A DNA stretch of 64,000 nucleotides from contig CAWDEM010000008.1 of assembly GCA_963801355.1 (NCBI GenBank), positions 1,664,001 to 1,728,000 of the forward strand, written 5' to 3'. Below are positions 28,523-37,804 of this stretch, piece by piece. The stretch comes from Ignavibacteriota bacterium. Its GTDB lineage: Bacteria > Bacteroidota > Ignavibacteria > UBA10030 > UBA6906. How positions within the stretch are numbered: the stretch's first letter is position 1; each line of letters opens with the position of its first letter. The notes beneath the pieces are model-generated. The model ran no database searches, was not told where the DNA came from, and worked only from the letters and a program-made list of their open reading frames with translations. The translations under genes were made by a program, and so were the position numbers.

Positions 28523-31192
28523 TCACATCCCCAACCAGTAGGACAACTTGAGCATGAAGATATTGTCCGGCTTCACTTCAAACAGATGGCTCATGGAACG
28601 GCTGAATTCGAACCCCCCCACCGGCTCGAGGTCGGCTCTGCGTTGTCCCCAGACGAAGTAGGCGACTGAACCGGGAAGATATTCCCACCGCAGCACAGCA
28701 TTTCCCCGCAGCGACACGATATTGAAGTCTGGGTTGTTGATTATTCCCGCGGCGGCGGCACCCGGTCCGTCCGAATCGAGATTGTACCCCAGGATATCCC
28801 CCGCGGTGGAGACGATTGACGCAACAGTCGAACCATTCTCTCCATATTTGAGAAACTCGTACGACTTCGGCCGGGCGAGCGATTTGAATTCGCCGTACTT
28901 CCCCGACGAAATCAACGGCTGCAGGTAAATCTGAAAACTCAGCTTGGGTGTGATGATCCAATCGACGCGGACATCAGCCGCGAGTGTCGTCTGGTTCAGG
29001 AGGGCAAAGACATACCGCTTCCCATAGGTGTGTGTTGCCGACGGGTCCGGGAAAACGCCAACCCACTGGGCACCATAGATATCTTTTTGCAGCTGAGGAC
29101 CGATGGAGAAGGTCAGGGTAGGTGTCAGCTTCAGCTCGAGATTCGCATAGATGGCTCTAGTCTCGAGGTCGTCACCGGATCGCAGGGTCCCTTGGCAAGT
29201 GATCACGTACCTCAGGCGGTTGTCCGTGTAGACCGTGAGATCATAGAAACGGCTGACGGGGTTGAGTGTCAAGGGCCCACCGCGTGTTTTCCGGGCATTG
29301 TACGATTCCGGGGAGTACGTAGCCCGGAGATTCGCTCCATACAGGGTCTGCAACACGATGTAGCTGCCCAGCCAGTACCCCTGCGAAGTGTTATTCCCTC
29401 CGAAGTCCCAGGCCGCAAACGCAGCTGCGTTGACACCGGCGTGGTGGTAGTAGTCCGTGGGTGTATTCCAACGGTAGCCCGCGTAGATGTGCGCATTCAC
29501 GAGGTCACTAAATGATTGATACCCCATGTCGTTCACCTCGAATTCCGGACTTATCACGCCCACTGCGCTGTTGAAGACCCACCTGCCTCGATTCTTGTTC
29601 AGCATCAATCGGCCTGCGTAGCCCATGAGGGACGTCGCAGAGCTGTCGATACCGAGATGGCGTGCGTCGGGACGCTGGAAGTAATGTCCGGAACTGCGCT
29701 GCAAGCTTATCATCTGGTTCCTGTTGCCGCTGACATTTGACATCCCTCCCCACCCGCTCAGCACGTACGCCCGGTCCTCATCAAGAAAAGTCCATCCGTC
29801 TGCTGCCGCGACAATGGCGGATTTGTCAATGACATCCGCAAGTGTCGGGTCACGGAAGAACCGGTTGGTGAATGTCATGAGTACGCCGATGCCGTGGCGG
29901 CCGGCGTCATAGTCACGCTGCGTCCGAAGCACACCGTAATACGTAAGCGGCTCCACCTCGACCCGCGTTTGCATCCCCCGCAGATCAACGCTGGCGAACT
30001 CACGTTGGGTCAGGGCATGGATCATGCCGATCCGCCACTCGTCGAACACACGGCCGGAAATCTTGCCCGCACCGAGGATGTGGGCCCCGTTCGGGAGGTC
30101 GACGAAATCATGCGCAGGCAGAGCGCCCTGCGGGGCCCGTCCGATCCTCCGGCTATAGAAAATCTGCGGTGCCTGCCAGTTGAACGACACATTGTTGTTG
30201 CTCCCGCCCCTTCCGAAATTGTAGATCGTAACGCCTTCAGTGAAGAATGGTCTCTTCTCTTCGAAGGAATATTCAACATCGGTCAGATTGACAATCGCCG
30301 GATCGACCTCAACCTGTCCAAAATCCGGGTTGACCGTCCCGTTCAATGTGAGACTGCTGCCAAGACCGGCGCGAATGTCGAGCCCGCCGCCCAGGAGAAA
30401 CCTCTTCCCCGGATTGAAGGGATCGGCCGGATCGGTCCCGACGTATTCCGCCTTGCTGGTGACATACGGCATCACCTCGAACCGCGCCGGTGGGCTGATG
30501 CCTTCGATCCCCACAAGATCCGCAAACCGAGATGCGAACCCGCTCTCATCCCTGGGAGTATAGGCGATCATATCCGTCTCCACCTTCCTGCTGATGAATC
30601 GTTCTACGTTGACTCCCCACACCTGGCTCTCGTCTTTTTTGAAACGGAGCTGTGAATACGGAATTTTCATTTCAACGCTGTACCCTTCGCTGCCGATTCG
30701 TGATACCCCTTCCCACACGGCATCCCATGAGAGGTCATTGGGTTGTTTGACATCGTTTTCGATCAACCCGTCAGCCAGAGCGCCGGCTGCTGACACATAG
30801 AAGAAATAGCCGTTTCGTTTGTCCCGGTAAGAGTCGAGATAGAGAACACACCCGTCTGACGGATCTCCCCAGATGAAATCGCGACGCACGAGGCGCGCCA
30901 TGATGGATTCGGGATGTGCGTCATAGTACTGTGCGGCAAAGTAGAGTGCGTCATCGTCATAAGCCAGCCATACCTCGCTGCGTTCCGACGGCATGGCACC
31001 CTCGCTCGGCTCTTGTTGTATCAGACCGGAAAACCCGGGGCGCTTCCAGACTCTCTCGTCGAGGACCCCGTCAACCCTCATGGCCTCGTCCGTCCGAATC
31101 GCAGCGATCTTTTTCGAGGGAGCATTATCTTGGGCCGAAGCCGGGGCGGCGGATAGGCATAGGATCAGCCCAAAGGACGCGACTTTTCGCAT
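28523..31192 (-). CDS. Outer-membrane protein with CBM9-like N-terminal domain (DUF5916-like)
   Basis: VDGVLDE..W, YDDDALY, EMKIPYSQLRF, TVNPDFGQVE, EKRPFF, FYSRRIG, C-terminal KLSYW. Confidence 0.8.
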   Translation of the reverse strand: MRKVASFGLILCLSAAPASAQDNAPSKKIAAIRTDEAMRVDGVLDERVWKRPGFSGLIQQEPSEGAMPSERSEVWLAYDDDALYFAAQYYDAHPESIMARLVRRDFIWGDPSDGCVLYLDSYRDKRNGYFFYVSAAGALADGLIENDVKQPNDLSWDAVWEGVSRIGSEGYSVEMKIPYSQLRFKKDESQVWGVNVERFISRKVETDMIAYTPRDESGFASRFADLVGIEGISPPARFEVMPYVTSKAEYVGTDPADPFNPGKRFLLGGGLDIRAGLGSSLTLNGTVNPDFGQVEVDPAIVNLTDVEYSFEEKRPFFTEGVTIYNFGRGGSNNNVSFNWQAPQIFYSRRIGRAPQGALPAHDFVDLPNGAHILGAGKISGRVFDEWRIGMIHALTQREFASVDLRGMQTRVEVEPLTYYGVLRTQRDYDAGRHGIGVLMTFTNRFFRDPTLADVIDKSAIVAAADGWTFLDEDRAYVLSGWGGMSNVSGNRNQMISLQRSSGHYFQRPDARHLGIDSSATSLMGYAGRLMLNKNRGRWVFNSAVGVISPEFEVNDMGYQSFSDLVNAHIYAGYRWNTPTDYYHHAGVNAAAFAAWDFGGNNTSQGYWLGSYIVLQTLYGANLRATYSPESYNARKTRGGPLTLNPVSRFYDLTVYTDNRLRYVITCQGTLRSGDDLETRAIYANLELKLTPTLTFSIGPQLQKDIYGAQWVGVFPDPSATHTYGKRYVFALLNQTTLAADVRVDWIITPKLSFQIYLQPLISSGKYGEFKSLARPKSYEFLKYGENGSTVASIVSTAGDILGYNLDSDGPGAAAAGIINNPDFNIVSLRGNAVLRWEYLPGSVAYFVWGQRRADLEPVGGFEFSRSMSHLFEVKPDNIFMLKLSYWLGM

Positions 31193-31409
31193 GTTTCTGC
31201 CTTCAAAGTGGGCGGCGATAAGGAATTACCTCTGTCAGGTAAGTCCTACGAACCTTTCCGTTGAAAAAGTCCCGGTTTGATGCAAAACGCGTGTCGGTGA
31301 GATGAAATGCCCGAATTCTGAGACGGATGGAGGCGAGGAACAAAAAGACTGAGGGCAGGGTTTTCTTCTGGTAAAGGCAATCTTCAAAACAGAACCGGAA
31401 GCGAGTACA

Positions 31410-31538
31410 ATGGACCTGCTGCTCGTACGATCGAAGTGGGATATGCCCGATGTTCCGCTCCCCCTTTTTCTCAACAAGCTAAAAGACGCCGGGTTCGACG
31501 GGGCCGAAATCCACTTCGAAGAGGCACCACGCAACCCT
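31410..31538 (+). pseudogene. Truncated N-terminus of a sugar phosphate isomerase/epimerase (TIM barrel)-like gene
   Basis: MDLLLVRSKWDM...LKDAGFDGAE resembles the start of xylose-isomerase-like barrels; it meets the stop of the convergent gene after about 43 codons. Confidence 0.45.
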
Positions 31539-33051
31539 ATTTCGCAAGTACCATCGGTCTTGTTGACACAAAACCGCCGGTCTCAAGCCGGTAATAGTAT
31601 ACACCGCTGCCAAGACCCCGTCCGTCGAAGGAGACACGGTGCTCTCCCGGTTCCATCCGCTCATTCACCAGAACCGCCACTTCTCGTCCGAGAACGTCAT
31701 AGACGGCGAGCTTGACCAAACCAGACTCCGACCCCCATCCGCGGGACCCTTCATTGTCAGCCGGGACCCTGAACCCGATCGTCGTGCCCGGATTGAACGG
31801 ATTGGGAAAATTCTGTTCCAGTCGGAAGCCCCCAGGTCTGCCATCGCCCGCGTCTACTCCCGTGGAGATGGATGTGTTGAAGCGGAAGATATGCGTCGCC
31901 GTGCTGTACGAGTGAGTCACCACGTACAATTCACCCGCTTCATCCTCGCCGAACGAAGAGACGGATTGAGGCGCTTCAAGAAGCAGCGAGTCGGGTTGAA
32001 CCTGACTCCCCTGCACACGCAGAGCCCAGACCTTCCGCGAACCATAGTCGCCATAGATGTATGCACCGCTGAGTTCGGGACGCCTGGATCCACGGTACAC
32101 ATAACCACCGGTGATGGAGTTGCCAACGGTATGTGAATAGTCGACAAGCGGCAGCGTCAGGCCGTTCTGATTGCAGTCCGTTGCCGGATTGTAGCAGGAG
32201 AATCCCTCCATGATGCGCCATCCGTAGTTCTTTCCCTTTTCAATGAGGTCAACCTCTTCTCTTGATCCCTGCCCCACATCGGCGGCCCAGAGTTGACCTG
32301 TGCCACGGTCGAAGCTGAACCGCCACGGATTGCGCAGCCCGTATGCCCAGATCTCCTCCCGGTAGCCCTGCACATTTCCCGCGAAGGGGTTGGAGGCCGG
32401 AATGAGGTACGCCGCATTCGGCGTCCTGCCGGAGACATCGATGCGGAGGATTTTCCCGAGAAGTGTTGCCAGTGACTGTCCGTTGTTCAGCGGGTCGCCT
32501 CCGCTGCCGCCATCTCCCATCCCGATATACAGGAACCCGTCGGGTCCGAATGCAATCATCCCGCCGTTGTGGTTGGAGTAGGGTTGATCGATCTCAAGGA
32601 TTTTTTCCTCGAGCGGGTCTGCCACCAAAGGATCCGCGGCGGAAACGCGAAACCTTGAGACCACCGTACGCAGCGGATTCGGGGCTGTGTAGTTGACGAA
32701 GAAAGAGCCGTTGGACGCGTAGGCGGGATGAAAAGCCAGACCGAGGAGACCTTGCTCCCCTCCGGGAGAGCTGATCTTCCCGGAGAGATCGAGAAAGGTT
32801 CCGGCGGCTGTGGCCGTGGAATCGTTCGGGAAGACTTTGATGATGCCATTTTGTTGAACGACGAACAGCCTGTTTGACCCATCTCCGGAATGGGTCAGGA
32901 ATATCGGCTGTGTGAACGAGAGATTGGGGAACGCGTCGGCCAGCTGATACGGTTGAGCCGGGAGCTCAGCGGGAAAGGCGCCGAGAAACAGCAGGGCCAG
33001 GGCAGGGCCTATGTGCCATGGCCGCATGGAGTTACGCAGGTGTCGTTTCAT
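31537..33051 (-). CDS. PQQ-dependent glucose/sorbosone dehydrogenase-family beta-propeller with T9SS-type C-terminal domain
   Basis: EQGLLGLAFHP, NHNGG, FGPDGFLYIGMGDGG, YGLRNPWRFSFD, SSFGED; QNFPNPFNP CTD. Confidence 0.9.
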   Translation of the reverse strand: MKRHLRNSMRPWHIGPALALLFLGAFPAELPAQPYQLADAFPNLSFTQPIFLTHSGDGSNRLFVVQQNGIIKVFPNDSTATAAGTFLDLSGKISSPGGEQGLLGLAFHPAYASNGSFFVNYTAPNPLRTVVSRFRVSAADPLVADPLEEKILEIDQPYSNHNGGMIAFGPDGFLYIGMGDGGSGGDPLNNGQSLATLLGKILRIDVSGRTPNAAYLIPASNPFAGNVQGYREEIWAYGLRNPWRFSFDRGTGQLWAADVGQGSREEVDLIEKGKNYGWRIMEGFSCYNPATDCNQNGLTLPLVDYSHTVGNSITGGYVYRGSRRPELSGAYIYGDYGSRKVWALRVQGSQVQPDSLLLEAPQSVSSFGEDEAGELYVVTHSYSTATHIFRFNTSISTGVDAGDGRPGGFRLEQNFPNPFNPGTTIGFRVPADNEGSRGWGSESGLVKLAVYDVLGREVAVLVNERMEPGEHRVSFDGRGLGSGVYYYRLETGGFVSTRPMVLAK

Positions 33052-33148
33052 GCAAACTTCAACGCGGCATGGAGCGGCTTGGTTCCCGGAACAGATCTGC
33101 CTGTCACTCTGTTATAGAAGAACCATACTATCAACACGGAGGTAGGAT

Positions 33149-33811
33149 ATGCGAATCCGCTGGATGATTCTTTTTCTGGCTGTGGCAGCGATTTCAGTGG
33201 TCTTCATCAGACAACTTTCAACACAGCCGTCGTTCAACGGGGCAACCCCGGGGTGCGAGGGCAGCGGGTGCCACACGCTCTCAGGGAATGCGGTCACAGC
33301 GACAACAAGCAACCTCTCCGTCAGCATTACCGTCTCCGGAACAACTTCCAACGTCGCCGGAGAACTCGTGGACAGCACTGGTACCGTGGTTGCCGTGAAT
33401 AACGGCACATCGTCCAATCCGTTCACGCTCACCGCTCCCGGGCCCGGACGGTACCGTGTCAACGCCGGGTTCAAATCGCCGCAGCGCTCGTGGGACTCAA
33501 CGAACGTGCGAATCGGTCCCCTGGCAAGCGTGGCTGGCGAAGTGCCTCATGGGTTTGCGCTCGAGCAAAACTACCCGAACCCGTTCAATCCGTCCACGAC
33601 AATTCCGTTTTCACTCCCCGGCGCAACGGATGTCAGCCTGACGGCTTACGATCTGGCCGGTCACGAATTGGCCACGCTGGTAAACGGGAGGATGGAAGAG
33701 GGAAGGCACGCGGTACGGTTTGATGGAACGGGTCTTTCCAGCGGCGTCTACTTTGCACGCCTCAGCGCGGGTGGGCAAACTTCGGTTCTGAAGATGATTC
33801 TCGCGAAGTAA
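33149..33811 (+). CDS. Small secreted protein with a CX4CH motif and T9SS-type C-terminal domain
   Basis: GGAGG Shine-Dalgarno, signal peptide, GCEGSGCH, QNYPNPFNP...SGVYFARL...KMILAK. Confidence 0.82.
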   Translation: MRIRWMILFLAVAAISVVFIRQLSTQPSFNGATPGCEGSGCHTLSGNAVTATTSNLSVSITVSGTTSNVAGELVDSTGTVVAVNNGTSSNPFTLTAPGPGRYRVNAGFKSPQRSWDSTNVRIGPLASVAGEVPHGFALEQNYPNPFNPSTTIPFSLPGATDVSLTAYDLAGHELATLVNGRMEEGRHAVRFDGTGLSSGVYFARLSAGGQTSVLKMILAK

Positions 33812-33814
33812 CGG

Positions 33815-35731
33815 TCAGTTTCGGTCCCTGTCCTCTGCAATCAGTAACGGCAACAACGTATCCATCTGCGAGAAATCAGGGATAATCAGATCGGCACCGG
33901 CCTCAATCAGCCTCTTGCGTTTTGATGTGCTCAGGCCGTAGCGCCGCACTTCGTCGCTCGCTATGCCGATGGCATACCCGCCCTTCTTGTGGGTCTCCCG
34001 GATTTCCACGGGGCCATCGCCGAATGTGAAGATCCGTTCGGGTGCGGCGTTGCCGATATCCTCAAGAATTCTTTCCAGCACCATCCGCTTTGCCTCTTTG
34101 GTGACGTCACCCACCGCACCATATACACGGGGGCCGAACAACCCGCGATAACCAAGACTGACAGCCTCACGCTCTACATCTTCCTGGTCGGTTCCGCTCG
34201 CAAGGTAGAGGACGATCCCACGCGCGTGCAGGGCCTGAAGAAAACCAACCGCATTCTTCATCGTGACGTCGGTAACATCGAGCTGGCCCAGCCGCAGCTT
34301 CTCCATTCTCACCCCCACCATCCGCAGGAGCTCCTGGTTGTACATCTTCTTGTAGCCGTGTTCATCGAGGATGTCACATTCTCCGACACATTTGAAGCGA
34401 CGCACGAGATTGACGAGCATTTTCATCTGCACGAGCGTTTGCATGCCGGTGGTGTTATCAATGGTGGAGCGAACGCTGGCAACGACATGATCGTAGAGAG
34501 CTTCATCGACATCCCGTTCCTTCGGGCCGAGGATAGCCTTCACCATCATCGGTTCCATAATCCCTTCCCATCCCTGACGGAGGGTCGAGATCGTGCCGTC
34601 GTGATCGAAGATGGCATGGGTGAACGTTCTGCTCCGCGGGAGAGTGCTGACGACTTCGATTTCGCTGCCCGAATGATAGACCGCCTTGCGGGGTTGCCGG
34701 GCAAGGTCCGGCCTGTAGCGACGGTCCGGATCAGATCCGATGCTCATGATTTCTTCCGGCGATGCCGTCCCGGTTTGCATCAGTTTTTGGACGGTGACGC
34801 CCGCAACAAGGTTGCCGAATTCCGCTGCCGCGACGTTTTCGGTGCCGACGGCCAGGGCAGCCGCAATACCGGCCAGGGTGCTGTCGCCCGCACCCACCGG
34901 ATCCACGGGAGACAAAATGAGGAGCCCCGGGATCTCCGTGAACCCCCGTTGATCGAACACCGCGGCACCCCGCTCGCCGCCGGTCATAAACACGCTGTTG
35001 CCCCAGCGCTGGAAAAGCTCGCGCGCGAAGCTTTCGATCTCCCCGGAGTCGATGGACTCCCAGTTGATTCCGCCTTTACCGCACAGTCGTGCAGCCTCGC
35101 GCAGATTCAATTTGCGGACGGCGTTCCCGTAGTCATTTGCATGGTGCCGCGAATCAACCAGGAACAGCGTGTCCGGGTGTTCTCGAATGAACTTCCCGAG
35201 AGTCTCCCTGAACCACTCGACATGGATGCCCCGGATCACCTGCTGGTTGATGATGACGACGTCGAGGTCCGGGAGTTGTTTCGAGAGGCTCTCCAGAAGT
35301 TGCGCTCCGGTTCTGGGGTGAATCTCGTTGAAGTTGCCGAAGTCCAGACGGGGCTGTTCCTGTTCTCTTTCGTACGGCTTCAGGTACACGTGCGTGTCCC
35401 ACTGTTCGCGCTGTACAACGAGACCCTCGACGGTCATTCCGCCAGACACGAGGATATCCCGCATTTCCTTGCCGTACGGGTCCTGGCCGACAACACCAAT
35501 TGCCGATACATGCCCCACTCCCATAGCCCGGAGGTTGTTTGCCACGTTACCAGCCCCACCCAGCGCGTAGCGTTGTGAGCGCACCGGGTGGGTTGCAAGT
35601 CCGGTTTCAACCGAAAGCTCTGAAGCTGATGGATCGAGCAGGAGATAGACGTCAAGACAAAAATCGCCGAGAATGCCGATCCGTGCCCGCTGGATGTTTG
35701 TGAGAAGTTCCTGAAGTTCGAGCCGATTCAT
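33815..35731 (-). CDS. PfkB/RfaE(HldE)-like sugar kinase fused to a HAD hydrolase
   Basis: GDFCLD, GGAGNVA, DPVGAGD in the N-terminal half; FDHDGT, LASGT, FGDGPVE in the C-terminal half. Confidence 0.85.
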   Translation of the reverse strand: MNRLELQELLTNIQRARIGILGDFCLDVYLLLDPSASELSVETGLATHPVRSQRYALGGAGNVANNLRAMGVGHVSAIGVVGQDPYGKEMRDILVSGGMTVEGLVVQREQWDTHVYLKPYEREQEQPRLDFGNFNEIHPRTGAQLLESLSKQLPDLDVVIINQQVIRGIHVEWFRETLGKFIREHPDTLFLVDSRHHANDYGNAVRKLNLREAARLCGKGGINWESIDSGEIESFARELFQRWGNSVFMTGGERGAAVFDQRGFTEIPGLLILSPVDPVGAGDSTLAGIAAALAVGTENVAAAEFGNLVAGVTVQKLMQTGTASPEEIMSIGSDPDRRYRPDLARQPRKAVYHSGSEIEVVSTLPRSRTFTHAIFDHDGTISTLRQGWEGIMEPMMVKAILGPKERDVDEALYDHVVASVRSTIDNTTGMQTLVQMKMLVNLVRRFKCVGECDILDEHGYKKMYNQELLRMVGVRMEKLRLGQLDVTDVTMKNAVGFLQALHARGIVLYLASGTDQEDVEREAVSLGYRGLFGPRVYGAVGDVTKEAKRMVLERILEDIGNAAPERIFTFGDGPVEIRETHKKGGYAIGIASDEVRRYGLSTSKRKRLIEAGADLIIPDFSQMDTLLPLLIAEDRDRN

Positions 35732-35786
35732 ATGTTTGTACCCGTACGGGTGGACTGCCTGATGAAGGGGTTATGGTGCGCGGGTG

Positions 35787-37682
35787 CTATCCGGGATAGA
35801 CGATGGTGAATCGTGTCCCGGCAGACCCATCCAGCTTGATAGTCCCGGAGATCTGTTCCGTCAGAGTCCGGATGATACTCATACCCATCGACGTCATGGT
35901 TCGATAATCGCTTCCGCGTGGGAACCCGGTTCCGTCGTCATAGACGTCCAGTTGGAGAGTACTTGCATTCAGACGCTTGAATGAAACAACGACGTTTCCG
36001 TTTTTCTGCTTCGTGAAGGCATGCTTGAGTGCGTTCGAGACGAGCTCATGGACAATCAGACCGCAGGGGACGGCCAGGTCAATCCCGAGCATGATCTTTT
36101 CCGCTTCGACACGCAGGTTTACACCTTCCCTGTACAGGGATCTGCTCAGCTCCCGGGCGACTGAATTCAGGTACTCATGGAAGTCGATCTGTGACAGATC
36201 CTCGGATCGATAGAGTTTCTCATGCACGAGTGCCATGGAGCGCACACGCCGTATGCTATCCGCATAGGCTTCCCGCGCCTGCCCGTCCGTCACGAGCTGT
36301 GACTGCATTCCCAGCAGACTGGAAATCACCTGGAGGTTGTTCTTGACCCGGTGATGAATCTCTTTGAGCAACAGCTCCTTTTCCTTCAAGGAATCGTTCA
36401 AGCGCCTCTCGGCACGTTTCCGTTCGGTGACATCCGACATGAATGCGACCAGGGCTTCGCCGTCGCTGAGTCCGACCCTGGCAGTGGTCATCAGGACATT
36501 GATGTGCGCATCATCTGATCTCGCAAACATCAGTTCCGCTTCGTGAGGAACCGGCGACGCGTCAATGGAGTCGTTGAATCGCACGTTGCCCTCCGAGAGG
36601 CTTTCCGGGGCCAGAAAATCTACTATGGGCCGGTCCTGGAGTGCGACACCCTCCGGCACCGACAGCATCGCATGGAGTGCGGGATTCGCATAGAGGATCT
36701 TTCCGTCGCGCAACATCGTAATTGCCACAGGGGCCGCTTCGATGAGGGTCTTGAATCGATTCTCGCTCTGCAGGAGTTCGGCCGCCCGCTTTTCCACCAG
36801 TACTTTCAGCAGTCGCGGCTGGCGTGCCATGTACCACACAAAAGCACCACCCAGCAGTGAGAGCAATACGCTGAGGAGGATCGTCGGGATGGTCTTTGCT
36901 TTGGCTTCCCACCCCCCACTGGGCGAGACCTCAATGGTCCACTCACCGTTGGGCACCTCAACTTTCGCGGCAACAGGGTCATCCAGCGCGATCTCCCCGT
37001 TGTAGAAAACGTGCTTCTTCCCCGACTGGGGGTCTTTACGAGACAACTGGTAACCATAGCCCTTTGCGGCCAACTCCTGAAGATTGGCATACTTCACGAG
37101 CGTAGGGACCCGGATGATGACAAGTGTGAAACCCCAGAAATATTCTTCCCCGTTACGCGTGAGAAATACCGGCCCCCTCCCGACAACCCCCACTCCCCCC
37201 TGAACAAGATTCAACGGACCGGCAAAGATCAGCGTGCGGTTCTGAATGGCGAGGAACGCTTCGTGCTTCTGAATGGAATCGGTCAGGATGTTGAACCCGA
37301 GCGCCCTCTTGTTCGCCTCGTAAGGAAAAACATGTTGCACCACTCCCCCGGGTGCAAGTTCGATTGCATCGATGGAACTGTAGGCGCGGGCGATACGGGG
37401 AGCAACGGAGTCAAACTTTGCAGGGAGGATGCCGTGTTCGACGCAGAGGGCCACGGTTTGCGTGGCGGAGAGTCCATGGATGAGAGCGGTACCGAGCTTA
37501 TCGCTCGCATCATTTGCCGCATTGGTCGCTTGCTGTATTTCATCATGCAGCTGCACCCTGTAGACCCAGTAGGAAACCAACCCAGTGCAGAGAAGCAATA
37601 CGATGGTGGCAATGATGCCGGCGAACGCGGGCGTTGTGAAGAGTCTGGCCAGACGCGCGCCAAAATTCGATGACGGGGGCAT
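35787..37682 (-). CDS. CHASE-PAS sensor histidine kinase (HisKA_2 type)
   Basis: Two TM helices flanking AGPLNLVQGG...FWGF; PAS; EIHHRVKNNLQ; ELVSNALKHAF; DDGTG. Confidence 0.9.
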   Translation of the reverse strand: MPPSSNFGARLARLFTTPAFAGIIATIVLLLCTGLVSYWVYRVQLHDEIQQATNAANDASDKLGTALIHGLSATQTVALCVEHGILPAKFDSVAPRIARAYSSIDAIELAPGGVVQHVFPYEANKRALGFNILTDSIQKHEAFLAIQNRTLIFAGPLNLVQGGVGVVGRGPVFLTRNGEEYFWGFTLVIIRVPTLVKYANLQELAAKGYGYQLSRKDPQSGKKHVFYNGEIALDDPVAAKVEVPNGEWTIEVSPSGGWEAKAKTIPTILLSVLLSLLGGAFVWYMARQPRLLKVLVEKRAAELLQSENRFKTLIEAAPVAITMLRDGKILYANPALHAMLSVPEGVALQDRPIVDFLAPESLSEGNVRFNDSIDASPVPHEAELMFARSDDAHINVLMTTARVGLSDGEALVAFMSDVTERKRAERRLNDSLKEKELLLKEIHHRVKNNLQVISSLLGMQSQLVTDGQAREAYADSIRRVRSMALVHEKLYRSEDLSQIDFHEYLNSVARELSRSLYREGVNLRVEAEKIMLGIDLAVPCGLIVHELVSNALKHAFTKQKNGNVVVSFKRLNASTLQLDVYDDGTGFPRGSDYRTMTSMGMSIIRTLTEQISGTIKLDGSAGTRFTIVYPG

Positions 37683-37804
37683 GAGTGCACCTCGAAGTTA
37701 GCTTCAGTCGAACAGGAGAAAAGTAAGGATGATGGCATCCAAAAGCAAAGAGTTGGGGAGGGGGGAGTCTTCAGACGTGTTGCAGAGTTGGGCAATCCAT
37801 CATT

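Noticed and set aside
33989-35578. Long plus-strand ORFs opposite real genes (e.g. 33989..35578, 51330..52844, 9425..10495, 18887..19966, 60194..61246)
   Set aside because: Antisense shadows expected from GC-rich codon bias; no recognisable motifs, and they fully overlap well-supported genes.
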